Assembly (NCBI GenBank): GCA_951406725.2
Contig: OX597828.1
Coordinates: 31,744,001-31,808,000, forward strand
Length of the DNA: 64,000 bases
Direction of reading: 5' to 3'
Source: Octopus vulgaris
Lineage: Eukaryota
Shown: one piece after another, positions 1-13,239 of the stretch
How positions within the stretch are numbered: position 1 is the first letter of the stretch
Layout: each line of letters starts with the position of its first letter
The notes under the pieces: model-generated
The model's database searches: none
What the model saw: only the letters and a program-made list of their open reading frames with translations
What the model was told of the DNA's origin: nothing
Program-made: the position numbers and the translations under genes

Positions 1-77
1 GGTACTTACTTCATCAACCCCGAAAAGATGAAAAGCAATTGACTTTTGCACGGAGTGCTAACGATTCAGCCAACACG
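1..77 (-). mobile_element. Degenerate fragment of tRNA-derived SINE family A (Octopus OR-like)
   Basis: ggtacttacttcatcaaccccgaaaagatgaaa...gtgctaacgattcagcca resembles the same-orientation copies at 19355-19500 and 37410-37550, and is the reverse complement of those at 48950-49320. Confidence 0.6.
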
Positions 78-889
78 TGGAAGATTGAGAGCCGTTTGTT
101 TCATTTATGAGATAATATTACACATTTTTTATAGTCTGATATTCACACGAATGCAATATATCTGAAGGATTGAGAGAGACACAAATCAAAATCTGACGTC
201 AGTGTTGAGTATCATGGTGAATGATAAAATACGACGAAATATATACATTCTTCGTTAATGTCTCTCAAATAATTACGTTGAGTATGTGAAGCTTTTGAAA
301 TTTAATTAAGCATATTTATAACGTAAAGCTACTTGATTTTGAGTCTGATAATCACATATATTAGACCGGCAATTGCGTTCGTAATACGTTTTTCATAGGT
401 CATCAAAACATTTAAGCAGGAGATCAGCGAAGATATGGTTTATGCTCAAATAATACAGTTTAAGAAAACTGAATGTTTCTGGGTTACAATGAATGTTTCT
501 GGAAGAATATTGTTTCGCACAAAAAGATGAACGTTTGATACAAAGGATCAAGTTGCACACCATACAATTTTATATGGTTACATGTCATTTATTGCTTATC
601 GGAATTGAGATAAATATAATTGCATCGGATTATCAGATAAACAGGTTGCAAAATTATGAACATACCGTAACATTTGGAATATCTTTGAGCGTTGATTGTT
701 GTTAATGTTATCACTTTCCAGTCCTCGTCACACACAAAAACATTATAGATGTAACTTTTTATTGGGTTTGATATCATAAACGAGTAATAATCACACATCA
801 TCACGTCGACGGTACGTCTTCATTTAATTACTCTTCGTTGTTCTTTTGAATTATTCCCAGTATTCCTATAACATATCTACACACGCACA

Positions 890-915
890 CACATACAAAT
901 ACACACACATACACA

Positions 916-960
<45 letters not shown>

Positions 961-1057
961 CATCTACATATATATATATATACATATATATAGACGTAGA
1001 TGTATATGTATATACCTATACACATGTATATAAATATATGTGTACCACACACACGCG

Positions 1058-1088
<31 letters not shown>

Positions 1089-1110
1089 GTGCATACACAC
1101 GCACTTACAC
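890..1110. repeat. Compound (CA)n/(TA)n microsatellite, representative of dozens of such tracts in the window
   Basis: Directly visible dinucleotide runs, which account for the [10 protein letters not shown] ORFs. Confidence 0.95.
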
Positions 1111-2366
1111 TCGTATGTATATGTATTCCTGTATGTACATATTATGTTGCACTAAAGTAACATTCATAAGGATTAAATAACTCACCTGGGGATTAGCCTT
1201 TTTCTGACAATTATTGCTATGTTGATTTTTGCCGATGCTCATGTTAATCTGAACGAAGACAGACAGCTGTCAAAACATCGCACGATTTCCTCATAATTCC
1301 TAAGATTTGCTGGAAGCAAATTCTTCCATAAATTCTACATTTCTAATGCCACTTAATTCATTATCTGCACCTACCTCCCTTTATATCTCTTGACGTATGA
1401 CTGTGGGATTTACGATTGTATTTCGCTTACATTTACGGAGAAAGTGACATCTATGGCAATGCAGAGAAACCATGAAGGAATAACATGAAGAACCTCTTAA
1501 AATACAAACGAAAGTGAAAACGTCAAAAAACTTCAAGTTTATCATATTTTTAATAGTAGCTGGCTTAATTTATACTTTTAAACAATCCATTTCGGGGGAT
1601 AATCTATACGAGAAATATCGATGCTTTCACAAAGTCATTCAATAATTGATCTGTGACGAAATTAGTTATATTATCATTATTTAATGTATTTTGATTTATT
1701 CTTTCATTTCCAACAGAATTAGAGTAATTATTGTTAATGGATTTGCATGACACAAGAATAGAATTTCTTTGAATTTTGAATGTTTGCGATCAATATATAT
1801 GCTTCTGTATGCATAGGAAATTATGAGAAAACACAATTACAAGCGTACTAATAGATGTATGCAAAATATATGCTATGTTCTATATGCTATAAAATATACA
1901 TAACTCTGTTTCTGTGTGTATGTGTGCTTTTGTATACATACATAGTCTTTCATAATAATATTATCTCACTTTTGCGTATATAAAAATCGTGCCTGTAATT
2001 GTGTCTGCAATTTAGTAAGTGAAAGCTATTTTCTCATTAACTCCATGTTATAAGTAGCACTTAATGACAATATTAGACAAGTAATGATTTTCGAGTTACA
2101 TAATTGCATGTTATGACAGTAAATATTCCGTAACGAATATGATGTCATGGATATTTATATACATACATATAGGCTTACACTTTCCTCTGCGACACCTCAT
2201 GCGTAGTACACCGTGCACCTTGCTGGGATGTGTGGGCTAATATACGGCACATACATATGATCACTCTAAACAAATCCTTTGTGCAGATCGTTCCGCAAAA
2301 GCTGAACGCCCATATGTCGTCTTTGACGGGAGAGATTTTCACACACACACACACACACACACTCAC

Positions 2367-2431
<65 letters not shown>

Positions 2432-2469
2432 TACACACACACACACATTAATGCATACACACACACGTA

Positions 2470-2733
2470 AAGTAATCCATCGACATATCGCGGTTCATCT
2501 ATCGTGGTTCACCTATCGCGAATCACCTGTTGCATTTCACCTATTGCTATTTATTATTTAAGTTTACGGCGATTCCACCGTGGTATTGTTTTACATTTAT
2601 AGTAAAAATAGATATATAAAATTTATAAAAATAATAATAATGAAAGATACAGTGCAATACTGTTTCTACTTCGCGGACTTTGACCTATCGCAGAGCGGTT
2701 TGGAACGTAACCCGGCGATAGTCGAGGGATTAC

Positions 2734-2735
<2 letters not shown>
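2470..2735. mobile_element. pogo/Tigger-like MITE (~266 bp) with terminal inverted repeats
   Basis: Left end ta|aagtaatccatcgacatatcgcgg; reverse complement of right end cagtaatccctcgactatcgccggg. CAGT-type TIR, with TA on the left and CA (decayed TA) on the right. Internal ttcacctatcgcg-like subrepeats. Confidence 0.75.
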
Positions 2736-2780
<45 letters not shown>

Positions 2781-3635
2781 AAAACCGATGGACGAGAGGT
2801 AAAAGCAAAATGGAGTAAAAATATGACACGTTAGACTCCTTATCAGATATGTGTAACAGATTCAGAAGCAGCTCTTCATTATTGGGACTGAATAAGCACA
2901 ACATCATATCGTTTCTTACATAGACATATGCAAAATTACGATCAGAAAAAACACATACACACACATGCATGCACATATACACATCCACACACACACACGG
3001 GCTCATTCATATACAGACTTACTTACTCCCTTCTACTCATCATCGACATTATATACTTATTTCTGGATATTTGTTGAAATTAGGTGTTTGTCATTTTATC
3101 TGAAGCATTCTTTCCCCAGGAAATATCTGCCCGAACTGCATACGTCGTGTATTTCCCGTTCCAGAGGCAGCCTGGATGAATATTGCATTAAAACTCATAA
3201 AGCTGATTCTAACATATATCACATGAACCCAGAAACAATGCTGAAACACAAATTAACTAAGAAGAGCATATAATTTGCTTCGTGGCTGGAAATAATGTAC
3301 TATATAATTAATTTCAGTTGTTAACAAATGTGTTGAGTGCTTGTTTGGTTAGGTTATCGACGAAAGAAGACTACGTGCGCGCAGCTGTGTTTGTGTGTAT
3401 GTCTAGGTAGAGATGTATGTTCATATTATTGGTAGGAAATATTTTCTTCGATTCACATTCTGTGACGTTTTCCACGACAATACTCTTGTTATGTTTGTAT
3501 AAAATAGAAGAATTACAAGTCTGACTGAAATGTATCTGCGCGTGTGTGCGTGTGTATGTATATCTGATTCTCGGTTTGTCTATGAGTGGTTGTGAACGTA
3601 TATGTTTACACACGGACATATGTACATATAGGTAC

Positions 3636-3693
<58 letters not shown>

Positions 3694-4547
3694 AGAGAGA
3701 CAAACAGGCAGAGATAGAGAATGGGAGGGAGAGAAAAATAAATAGATACGTCGTATAATTTTATGGTCATGTGTATATATACGCATAATTTTGTACATAT
3801 ATTTTGTGTGTGTGCGTATGTGTGTATATATGTGTATGCTTGTGTGTATGTGTGTATACTACTAGATACATACAGACATGTAGACTTACATTTATGCGTG
3901 TACATATATATAAATATGTATCTAGCTACTGCAGTAATTATGAAGCAGAAAACGTAACGAGGGGAAAGTAGAGAAAATAATTCGCAAATTTCCTTGCGAT
4001 AATATTTCAATCATTCCTTATATTGGATTTTGTTTTCTACACAAATGTCTTTCAAATCGATCTAAAATAAGAAACATATCGAGACAGTTAAGAACACAAT
4101 GAAAAAGATATTTTGAGTTTCAAGACGCATTTTTCTATTTTAGTTTGCTATGTTGTAAAATCGGTAACTTGAATCTTAACCCAAATGTAAAAGGTCTTCC
4201 AGTCACCATTCACAAGACGATGCAAATTAAGTGGAAGACAATACGACGGGAATAAATAAATATGGCATTTTTCAATTTTCTTTTACTTTTAAGTATCAAC
4301 GCCACTGCACCTGGCCAACGTTTTTGGCTACCGTCCTATTAGTGGAAGTCTATTGACTTGTAGACCTGGGAGAGTTTTTGTGTGGAATTATTAATTTGTT
4401 TTTGATCTAAGGCTCTGTGATTTTTGTTATGTTTCCGCTTCTCATATTCTCTTTTTGAAGAATGTAAATATTCATATATTTATTCAAAAGAAATTGATTC
4501 AGTTCATCCTAGGAGGGTAAATAACTAAAGTGTAGAAGATTTCTTTG

Positions 4548-4690
4548 TCTGCGTGGTAAGAAGCTTCCTTTCTAATCAACATGGTTCCGGGTTCAATGCC
4601 ACAAAATGGCAGTGTAGCTCCACTACAACCCCGCGCCGACCAACGCTGTGACTTGATTCGGTAGATGCAACCTAAAAGAATCATGTTGTA
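4548..4690 (+). mobile_element. Degenerate tRNA-derived SINE family B
   Basis: A-box-like ctgcgtggtaag, B-box-like ccgggttcaatgcc, ending in a (TC)/(TA) tract; similar to the copy at 44096-44256. Confidence 0.6.
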
Positions 4691-4705
4691 TACATGTATA
4701 TATCT

Positions 4706-4793
<88 letters not shown>

Positions 4794-4802
4794 ATATGTA
4801 TG

Positions 4803-4833
<31 letters not shown>

Positions 4834-5107
4834 CACCATGAGCGTCTAATTCTACTTGTGGCTGTCCAAATATAAGATTATAATCCTTGCACGCATAGTT
4901 TTGGTGTATCCTGCATGACGTTTACAACGCAAAACGGACACGAACAAAGCAAGAGACGTGCAGAATGCTCCGACCATGGAATTCAATGCGAAATATTGCG
5001 TGTAGGTTAAGACAATTTTGCACGTAATCACAAAGCGCATGCTGATACTCATATAATACTTGCTCTCCCTCCTTCTATTTGTTCTCTCTCTCTCTCTCCC
5101 TCGCCCT

Positions 5108-5147
<40 letters not shown>

Positions 5148-6010
5148 CACACATATATGTGCATACACAAACACATGCACAAACACTCAAATACTGATAT
5201 TGTACTTTTGTGTATGTATATGTATAGGGGAATTCGTTCTTTAGCATTTTCTACAAAATTATTCAGAAGCCAATTTGAGATATATGGACATACGCGTACG
5301 ACCTTGAAGTTCCTTGCAGAATTCGTTTCATGTACACTTAGAATCCAATAGAGAATACACGGTTAAGTTTTCGAATCCAAGTAATCATTTATTATGTTTC
5401 GCGTAATTACTAGCAAGCAAGACACGTCATTCTGCATTACATATCTTGGCGGATTGTACGTAGATTTCATTTTGTGCTTCCTTGTATATAAAGACCAAGG
5501 GGTGGTTAATGGGAAACGCATTTCTAACACATATACAATATATTTATAGTATTATGGTAGCTAGTTCCTTCTGTCAGCTTCACACCTTTCTCACAAAATC
5601 GAATATATTTGTTTAAATATTTATCATCCAAGCTGATTTATTCTGTTACTGGATCTCCAATGTGTCTACTTGCTGCCCTGTTTGAGTGCAGCACATCATT
5701 AATTCTCTCAATAAATATTAAAGGATTTGTCCTGAAAGCTTCCTGTTATCAATAATTGAAATAGCAAATATTCTCGGAAAATATATAGAAATTGCACAGG
5801 AATGGCTTTCCTACCAAACGGACGCACGGAATTCACTGTCTTGATTACTGCAATTTTGCCTCTAAACTTCGACACAGAATAACTTTAAACATCACTAAAA
5901 AGGAATACAATTTAAGTGTATAATGTCATCTAAACAGATGAAAAAGTAAAAGTTGCTGATTTCTACAGTTTCGGCAATGCTAGGTAGTTGTCTACTTACA
6001 CATTCCTAAA

Positions 6011-6118
6011 AAAATATTATTATAGAAACATTTCTAAACATATTATTTTAGAGACATTTCTGAAAATATTATTATAGAGAAATTTCTGAAAATATTATCA
6101 TAGGAAAATTCTTGAAAA
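6011..6118. repeat. Degenerate minisatellite, ~26 bp unit x4
   Basis: aaaatattattatagagacatttctg-like unit repeated four times. Confidence 0.7.
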
Positions 6119-6779
6119 CAAATCTTATTCGATTAATCAGAATGTGCTTGATTTTTGAAATAATCATTAGCTGGTTCATTTCGGTATGCTATGGATACGT
6201 GTTGACCATAATTTGCTCCTAAGATCATGTTACATTTTTTGTTTATTTGCTTTTTCTTTTAGATGCGAAAAGAGAGGAAATATTCTGTTTTATGTATACA
6301 TAAAATAAAGGTCAAATACATGACAATTTCGAACGGTTACCAAGTTCTAAATACATTGCAACGTCCTTTTCGAGTAGAGTGATAAAACTTTCAACGTGCT
6401 CTTTATATGTGCATACGGAACTCAGAAGTTCACTCTTTAAACATGTACTTCCGGTTTCATTCCATTCAATAGTAATTTTATCAAATGCTTTTACGAAATA
6501 TTTGCCGTATATTTAAAGTCATTTTCACTTAAAGATATTTTGCCCATCATAATGTCTAATGGAAAAGATTCTTATTTTCGGGATATTTTCACGTTATGCA
6601 CCCTTTTAGGTATTTGCGCCTCCAAAACTCAAATATCTCAGTAACCACTGGTCCGATTTACGCGAAACATATTTTAATTTCGTTTGTATCCACTTTTCAG
6701 AGGCACCAGTTTCAAAGCCTTATGTCATTATGCGCCGGTTTGGGCGTAACATTGCAAGCAAGCTGGATTAATTTTTAAT

Positions 6780-6835
<56 letters not shown>

Positions 6836-7231
6836 TGCGTTCTGTACATACATATATACCTATAAAGATAGCTTTATCTTTCACTTGTTTCACGCATCAG
6901 ATGTTCCTATGGACATCAATATTAACGTTCTCACTTCTAAAACCTGTATGGTCTGAAAATGACATTTTCCCAGACAAAGTGCGTTTTATATCCAAGGCTC
7001 TATAGTGTGTTCCTCAGAGATGTACCCAAAAATCCAGCACATCTCATAGCAGAAACATTTGTGAAGTAATGAAGTTCAATATGAAAACTTTGCTTTTTCT
7101 GGTGCCATCACCTTGTTCCAATTTCCACTGTATATTCATCTTACATTGCGTTTTCGATTATATGTAATTTGAGTTCTACAACAGGTTGTTCCTCTCGCTA
7201 TGCCCAGGCGAAATATTGCAATCCATATGTA

Positions 7232-7323
<92 letters not shown>

Positions 7324-8195
7324 CACGTGTGTATCTGTGTTTATGCGTAAAACTAGTAAAGGATGAGAAATATATTTATATAAATGTGTATATGAAATCC
7401 TTTTGCAAATTCTAAATCTTTTCATTTTGAAATTTCATGTCATTATTTTTCATTGAAACAATATTTCTTTTCACATTGTCATACATGATTATATATACAC
7501 ACCTTTTATAATGCACCACTGTTGCATATATCCAGAAGTCTAAAATAATATATTTGAAACATAATTCATGTGGTATTTATAAACACATATCTAAAAATCT
7601 CAAAAAAATCTATCTTCATAAGACACATGGATTATAATGTTCATATACTAATCAAACTGATTGTGGAACAATAAACTCTTAGAGATAATCATACAGAACA
7701 AATAATACACTTACCCACATCCACTTGTAAAGATCAAAACACAATATAAACGATTTCTTTACTCACTTACCATGACATACCCTATTTCCACATAAAAAGC
7801 AAACAATATACTATATAACAACAATACAGTAAAGGAAATAAAGAGCTTAAACATATCTTGTTACATTCATTTCTAAACCCCTAAAATTAGATTGCTAAAA
7901 GGTTGTCATTTGTAAGTTCTTAAATAGTTGACTAAACTTTCAAACTTTGACCTTTATATTGTTAAATCAGAAGAACCATGAATGTTTAAAACTACTGACA
8001 CATTGTCTACCTACTTACCAAAACAAACACAGTTAAATATCCACACCGACATACAAACGTGCCTATACCTGAATGAGTTGTACACAATAAAATAATCCTA
8101 AATTTAATAAAAAAACAACATAAACGCACACACAGATAACTATATACACGCGCATACAAACACACACACACACACATATATACATATATATAAAA

Positions 8196-8535
8196 TTTGA
8201 AGACGCAACTTACAACTCCAAATCAGGACAGATTGCTGCTGTAAAAAATAATTTTACATATTCTTCAATGTATTTAATATACACTATTAAATGTCAAGGA
8301 TATAATGAACATTACATAGGTCAAACAAAGCATACTATAAAAAATAGGGTGACTATTCACCGACAACAAATACGAAGCACCAGAACTAGACAGAATCCAT
8401 TCAGTGGACACATAAGCATATGTGCCAAAAGTAAGTCCTCTAAATTACAGGTCTTCCCACTGTAGGTATATCCCGTAGCAAGGATAAACAAAGAAAGTAC
8501 TTTCATATAAAATTACAAACCGAGGCTTAAACTAT
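8196..8535 (+). pseudogene. Penelope-like element relic: GIY-YIG endonuclease
   Basis: Translation KNNFTYSSMYLIYTIKCQGYNEHYIGQT...RVTIHRQQI...PFSGHISICAK...QVFPL* then RINKESTFI*NYKPRL. Collinear with the GIY-YIG domain at 10681-11133 but carries stop codons. Confidence 0.85.
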
Positions 8536-9088
8536 TACAGACTACCAGCAAAATAACTATTCACACACAATATTCACTCTGCCACTTAACATAAGTAACT
8601 CACACAACTAACAACCTAGACTTTAATCACAAGCAACTCCTGTTCACCCTTCAACCAGGGAGATTAAATTTAGTGTGACTTGGGTGTTACTATACATTTT
8701 CACTCGAAAGTAACGGCATTAATTTTAGGCGCAAATTACACTGTTAAGTGATACTAATGCACGGATGTAGCGGGAAACGTACAAAAGGTGCTAAAATTAA
8801 TCACGTGTTCTTTGTATACAAATACTTGACAGAAAACGTTCCGATCATTAATTGTTAGGTGCTGTCATTAGACATGCCCAGTTAACAGTGTCACTTGGTG
8901 CCGACACTCGTACATAGAAGGGAACCTACAAAAATGTCTAAGACCATTCATGAGTCTATCCACCAACAGTCAACTCGTACTCAAAACCTATACTAATTTT
9001 TACCATAAAATTATACAACTACGGCAAGCTTCAAAAACAATTCAGATGCAAGATAGCTGCGATATATGCCACATCTTTCTATTTCAAC

Positions 9089-9125
9089 TTGTTGAAAATC
9101 AGTGTAAACTGTGAAACCGTTCCAA
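9089..9125 (+). ncRNA. Decayed minimal hammerhead ribozyme motif (U3-A8 core variant)
   Basis: TTG-TTGAAAA-tCAG tgtaaa CTGt-GAAA-CCGtTC-CAA. Same core as the intact motif at 10505-10544, on the same strand as and ~560 nt downstream of the GIY-YIG relic; stems partly broken. Confidence 0.5.
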
Positions 9126-10004
9126 ACTTTAAACAGAATAAAACAAAAATATATTTTATCCTTTCTCAGAGCAATTTCAAATTCAATTTCTCTGTGAACA
9201 GGCCCCTATCTACTTGTTGTGAATGTGGACATGTTCATAGAAATTTGTTTGTTTGTTTTTGGTCATCTGAGTTACCAGGTGAACACCACTATACATACCA
9301 CAAAAACGGGGCTCTGTTCAAATCATTCCTTGAGCAGGACCGATTTCTTCAACACAACGTAGAAATGCATCAACATTAAACAAACATTAGCACAAGTGTC
9401 GCTGCCTCGATATGGCCATATATTCTGGATATGTCTGATAAAATATTTATTATACTTGTCATTATCCAGCATACAGTAGACAATACCTATTTATCTACGT
9501 ATTATATCAGTTTCGAAACGACAGACAGGAAAGCTTATCTGATAACAATTCGTGTGGCGGAATCACGCCCACTTTTGTCCTTACATCTCTACAATAATTA
9601 CATGGGACTACATTTTCAATAATGGCATCCAAATTCCAATATACTGTTAAATCATCGACATTACATACGTTATTTATTTTCTCTTATAGCATTAATAAAT
9701 GGAAAAATATTTTTTCATAGTGTTTAAAATAACTTTATGATGCTGGCTACGATGAATCATGTTTATTACCTCAATACACACGAGAAAACACATATTTACA
9801 AACGTCATGGGACGGTGGCCGGACAGGAGTACCGTATTTAGTCGATGAGATCGACCCCATGATGTATTCTTTGCAAGTCTAGCACACCTTCATTCGGTTT
9901 GTTTTGCCCAGCAGATATGTTTAGGGGTTCTCAAATGATGGTGGGGGTACAAACAGAAACATACACACGCACACATACGCACAAAAACACAGACAGAAAC
10001 ACAC

Positions 10005-10125
10005 ATATATGTATATATGTACATATACATATATACATAGAAACACATATATAAATAATATATATATATATATATGTACATATATTTATATATGTTTATA
10101 TGCAAATATATGTATGTATAAATAC

Positions 10126-10193
<68 letters not shown>

Positions 10194-10202
10194 ATATATA
10201 TG

Positions 10203-10252
<50 letters not shown>

Positions 10253-10286
10253 TATATGTATATATGTATATGTATATATATATATG

Positions 10287-10370
<84 letters not shown>
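10005..10370. repeat. Long interrupted (TA)n microsatellite abutting the Penelope 3' end
   Basis: Visible in sequence. Confidence 0.95.
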
Positions 10371-10372
<2 letters not shown>

Positions 10373-10504
10373 AAAATAGTAAAGTGTGAAAAAACGACAG
10401 AAGGCTTAAATGTTAAAAAATATATATATTTGTGTCAAAATGTCTGGAGAATATTGGAAAAATTTTTTTCCTTTCCTTAAAATGACATAATTTTAAAATT
10501 TTTA

Positions 10505-10544
10505 AAGAAATTACCGGTTTCGCGTGTAGCTTTTCAAATTTCTT
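10505..10544 (-). ncRNA. Minimal type-I hammerhead ribozyme, U3-A8 core variant
   Basis: Minus strand AAGAAAU-UUGAAAA-GC UACAC GC-GAAA-CCGG-UA-AUUUCUU. Perfect 7-bp stem I, 2-bp stem II, loopless palindromic stem III (ACCGGU), GUA cleavage triplet; lies in the tail of the PLE. Confidence 0.8.
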
Positions 10545-10680
10545 GTGACGTTATGTTTATATTGCATGGAGTTATCGTTGTGTTTATTTCCAGGAGGTTT
10601 CTAAATAAGGGGAGGTAGTGAGTGATTTCTTCCGGTGTAAGGGAGATAATCGCTTAAAAATTTTTTTCCCCTTTTCCTTG

Positions 10681-11133
10681 TTAATTTCTCTGTGTCAGTA
10701 TGTTCGGATGGTTGAGTCTGGGTTTGTACTTTTCAATGAAGAATGTTTCCTTGTTCAGTCTCATTTGTGTTGATGATCCGAAAGCACATTGGTAAAATGG
10801 GAAGATTAAACATTGTGGCAGTAGTTGCTTTGCGCATTTCTCAATGTGCTCACTAAAAGGTATCATTCTATATTCTGGGAATGCAATCTGTTGTCGATGC
10901 AGTGTGCATCTACGCCTGAGTGATAGTCCCGTGGAACCCACGTAGTCTTGGTGGCAGCCCGAGCATTTAATAACATAAATTATGTTTTCAGAGGCACAAG
11001 TAAAGTTAGATTTGATCTTGAATTTCTGTCCCTCTTTAAAGAAGAATTCTGATCCTTCCAATAGGTTAGGACATGTTGCACAGTTCGAGCTACCACATTT
11101 TTTTACTTTTGCATCCGTAATTTTAGAAGACAA
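10681..11133 (-). pseudogene. GIY-YIG endonuclease domain of the Penelope-like element (frameshifted from the RT frame)
   Basis: ORF 10681..11133 has a CxxxxCxxC linker and the IY-x-I-x-C-xx-C-xxx-YVG motif. Confidence 0.9.
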
Positions 11134-11610
11134 TTTTGCCTTTGTGAGAATCTTTTAAGTGATTTAGGCTGTTTGTAGCTTTTAATGATTTGGTGTATGT
11201 TTAGAATTTCCTTTAATTTTGGGTTTTTATGAAGTATTGGTAAATTCTGGGTGAAGATGGTGAAGGCTTCTTTGTTTCTGGGGTTGTATGTAGATATGTA
11301 AGGTAGTATTTTCGGGGAAGGTGTGTTGTTGTGTTGAACTTTTCTTAAAGTTTCTATGTTGATTTCTGTTGCACGTCTGATCACATCCTCTATGAGTTGA
11401 GCTGGGTAATGTCTGTCAATTAGGGTGTTTTTGAGTTCTTGCAGTCTAAAGTTCCTGGTATATTGTTCTGACACTATTGTGCATATCCTTCTTGCAAGGT
11501 TGAAGAGGATGTTTGTTTTAGTGTGTCTTGGGTGGCATGAATTAAAAAGAAGGTATTGTTTGGCGTCTGTGGCTTTGTAAAAAATGTCTGTTTCTATCTT
11601 AAGGTTAATC

Positions 11611-11944
<334 letters not shown>

Positions 11945-12878
11945 GATTTCGGTAAATAATATCTATGTCTATCCATCTACGCTCGAATATTAAGCATTGT
12001 TTGATTGATCAATATAAGCTTGAAGCACCCCAACACATATGCCGTATGTACTGCATAAACGTGTTACCATTAACAATTATTAGTTATTCATAGGGGTGAT
12101 GTCGAAACAAAAATTACTTCCAAAAGTTCATGCATTATAGTGATGATGGGGTAAATGTCATTTTCATGAAATATTATTCGTGATACATCTAGAGGCTTTA
12201 CAAAACATAACGGGAATTGTTGGGAATATTTAATTTTAGTGATTTCATGGCATCGAACTTGTAGTGACCGGAGGATATTCTGAAAAATGTCCAAATCATT
12301 TTAGCTCCACGGCAAATAGAAAAGAAATATTTGGTTGAAATACAAATAATCCACCATATTTAGCCAACTTGAAATACAGAAGCAAATGCCGAAACAGATT
12401 TGTTCAATAAAAATATTGTAGCACCCTAGGCCATAGATGTTTAGCATATATTCAGAAGAAAATTATTTGAAAATATTTTCGACTTCTATTTATATGCAAG
12501 CAGCGACAGGCCTAATGAAATTATGACTGACTTTTAGTTTCCTAACTGTTCCTTCAGTGAGGTCCGCATATTGTTTACTGAAAATATTCTATTTTTTATC
12601 ACACAAGAGAGATTCAATAAGTCATTGTGCATATATATATATGCACACACACATTCACCCACCCCCACACACACATACACACATACACTTGTATATATGT
12701 ATATACACGTGCACACACATACAAACATAATGATGTAAATGTATATATCTTAATATGCATACTTGTCCCTATATTAATATATTAGTGTATTTAGATATAA
12801 TACATACAAACATACATATATACATACATATATGCATACATACACACACACAAACATACATATATATATATTTATATT

Positions 12879-12899
<21 letters not shown>

Positions 12900-12977
<78 letters not shown>

Positions 12978-13133
12978 CGATAGATAGATATAAATAAATT
13001 TCGGTGGTAATAAACTTTTAAAAGTTTAAAGATATAGAAGTAGCTATAAAAGTTGATAGGGGGTTAAGTGGAAAGAAAACACAGATAAGTGAGTTGATAG
13101 GCATGGAGTGAACGAATCAATCGATAGAGGGAT

Positions 13134-13222
<89 letters not shown>

Positions 13223-13235
13223 AGAGAGAGAGAGA
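12900..13235. repeat. (GA)n and two (GATA)n microsatellite blocks
   Basis: Visible in sequence. Confidence 0.95.
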
Positions 13236-13239
13236 TAAA

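Larger units (their letters stand above)
10371..11615 (-). mobile_element. 5'-truncated Penelope-like retroelement (RT C-terminus, Cys-rich linker, GIY-YIG endonuclease, 3' non-coding/pLTR-like tail)
   Basis: Minus-strand translation IETDIFYKATDAKQYLLFNSCHPRHTKTNILFNLARRICTIV (PLE RT C-terminal motif), then KQPKSLK, a frameshift near 11155, linker CGSSNCATC, and GIY-YIG IIYVIKCSGCHQDYVGST...RRRCTLHRQQI...KETFFIEKYKPRLN. Flanked on both sides by (TA)n. Confidence 0.92.

Noticed and set aside
6596-6790. Possible Tc1-like terminus or MITE ending at (TA)n
   Set aside because: Could not identify a matching second TIR.
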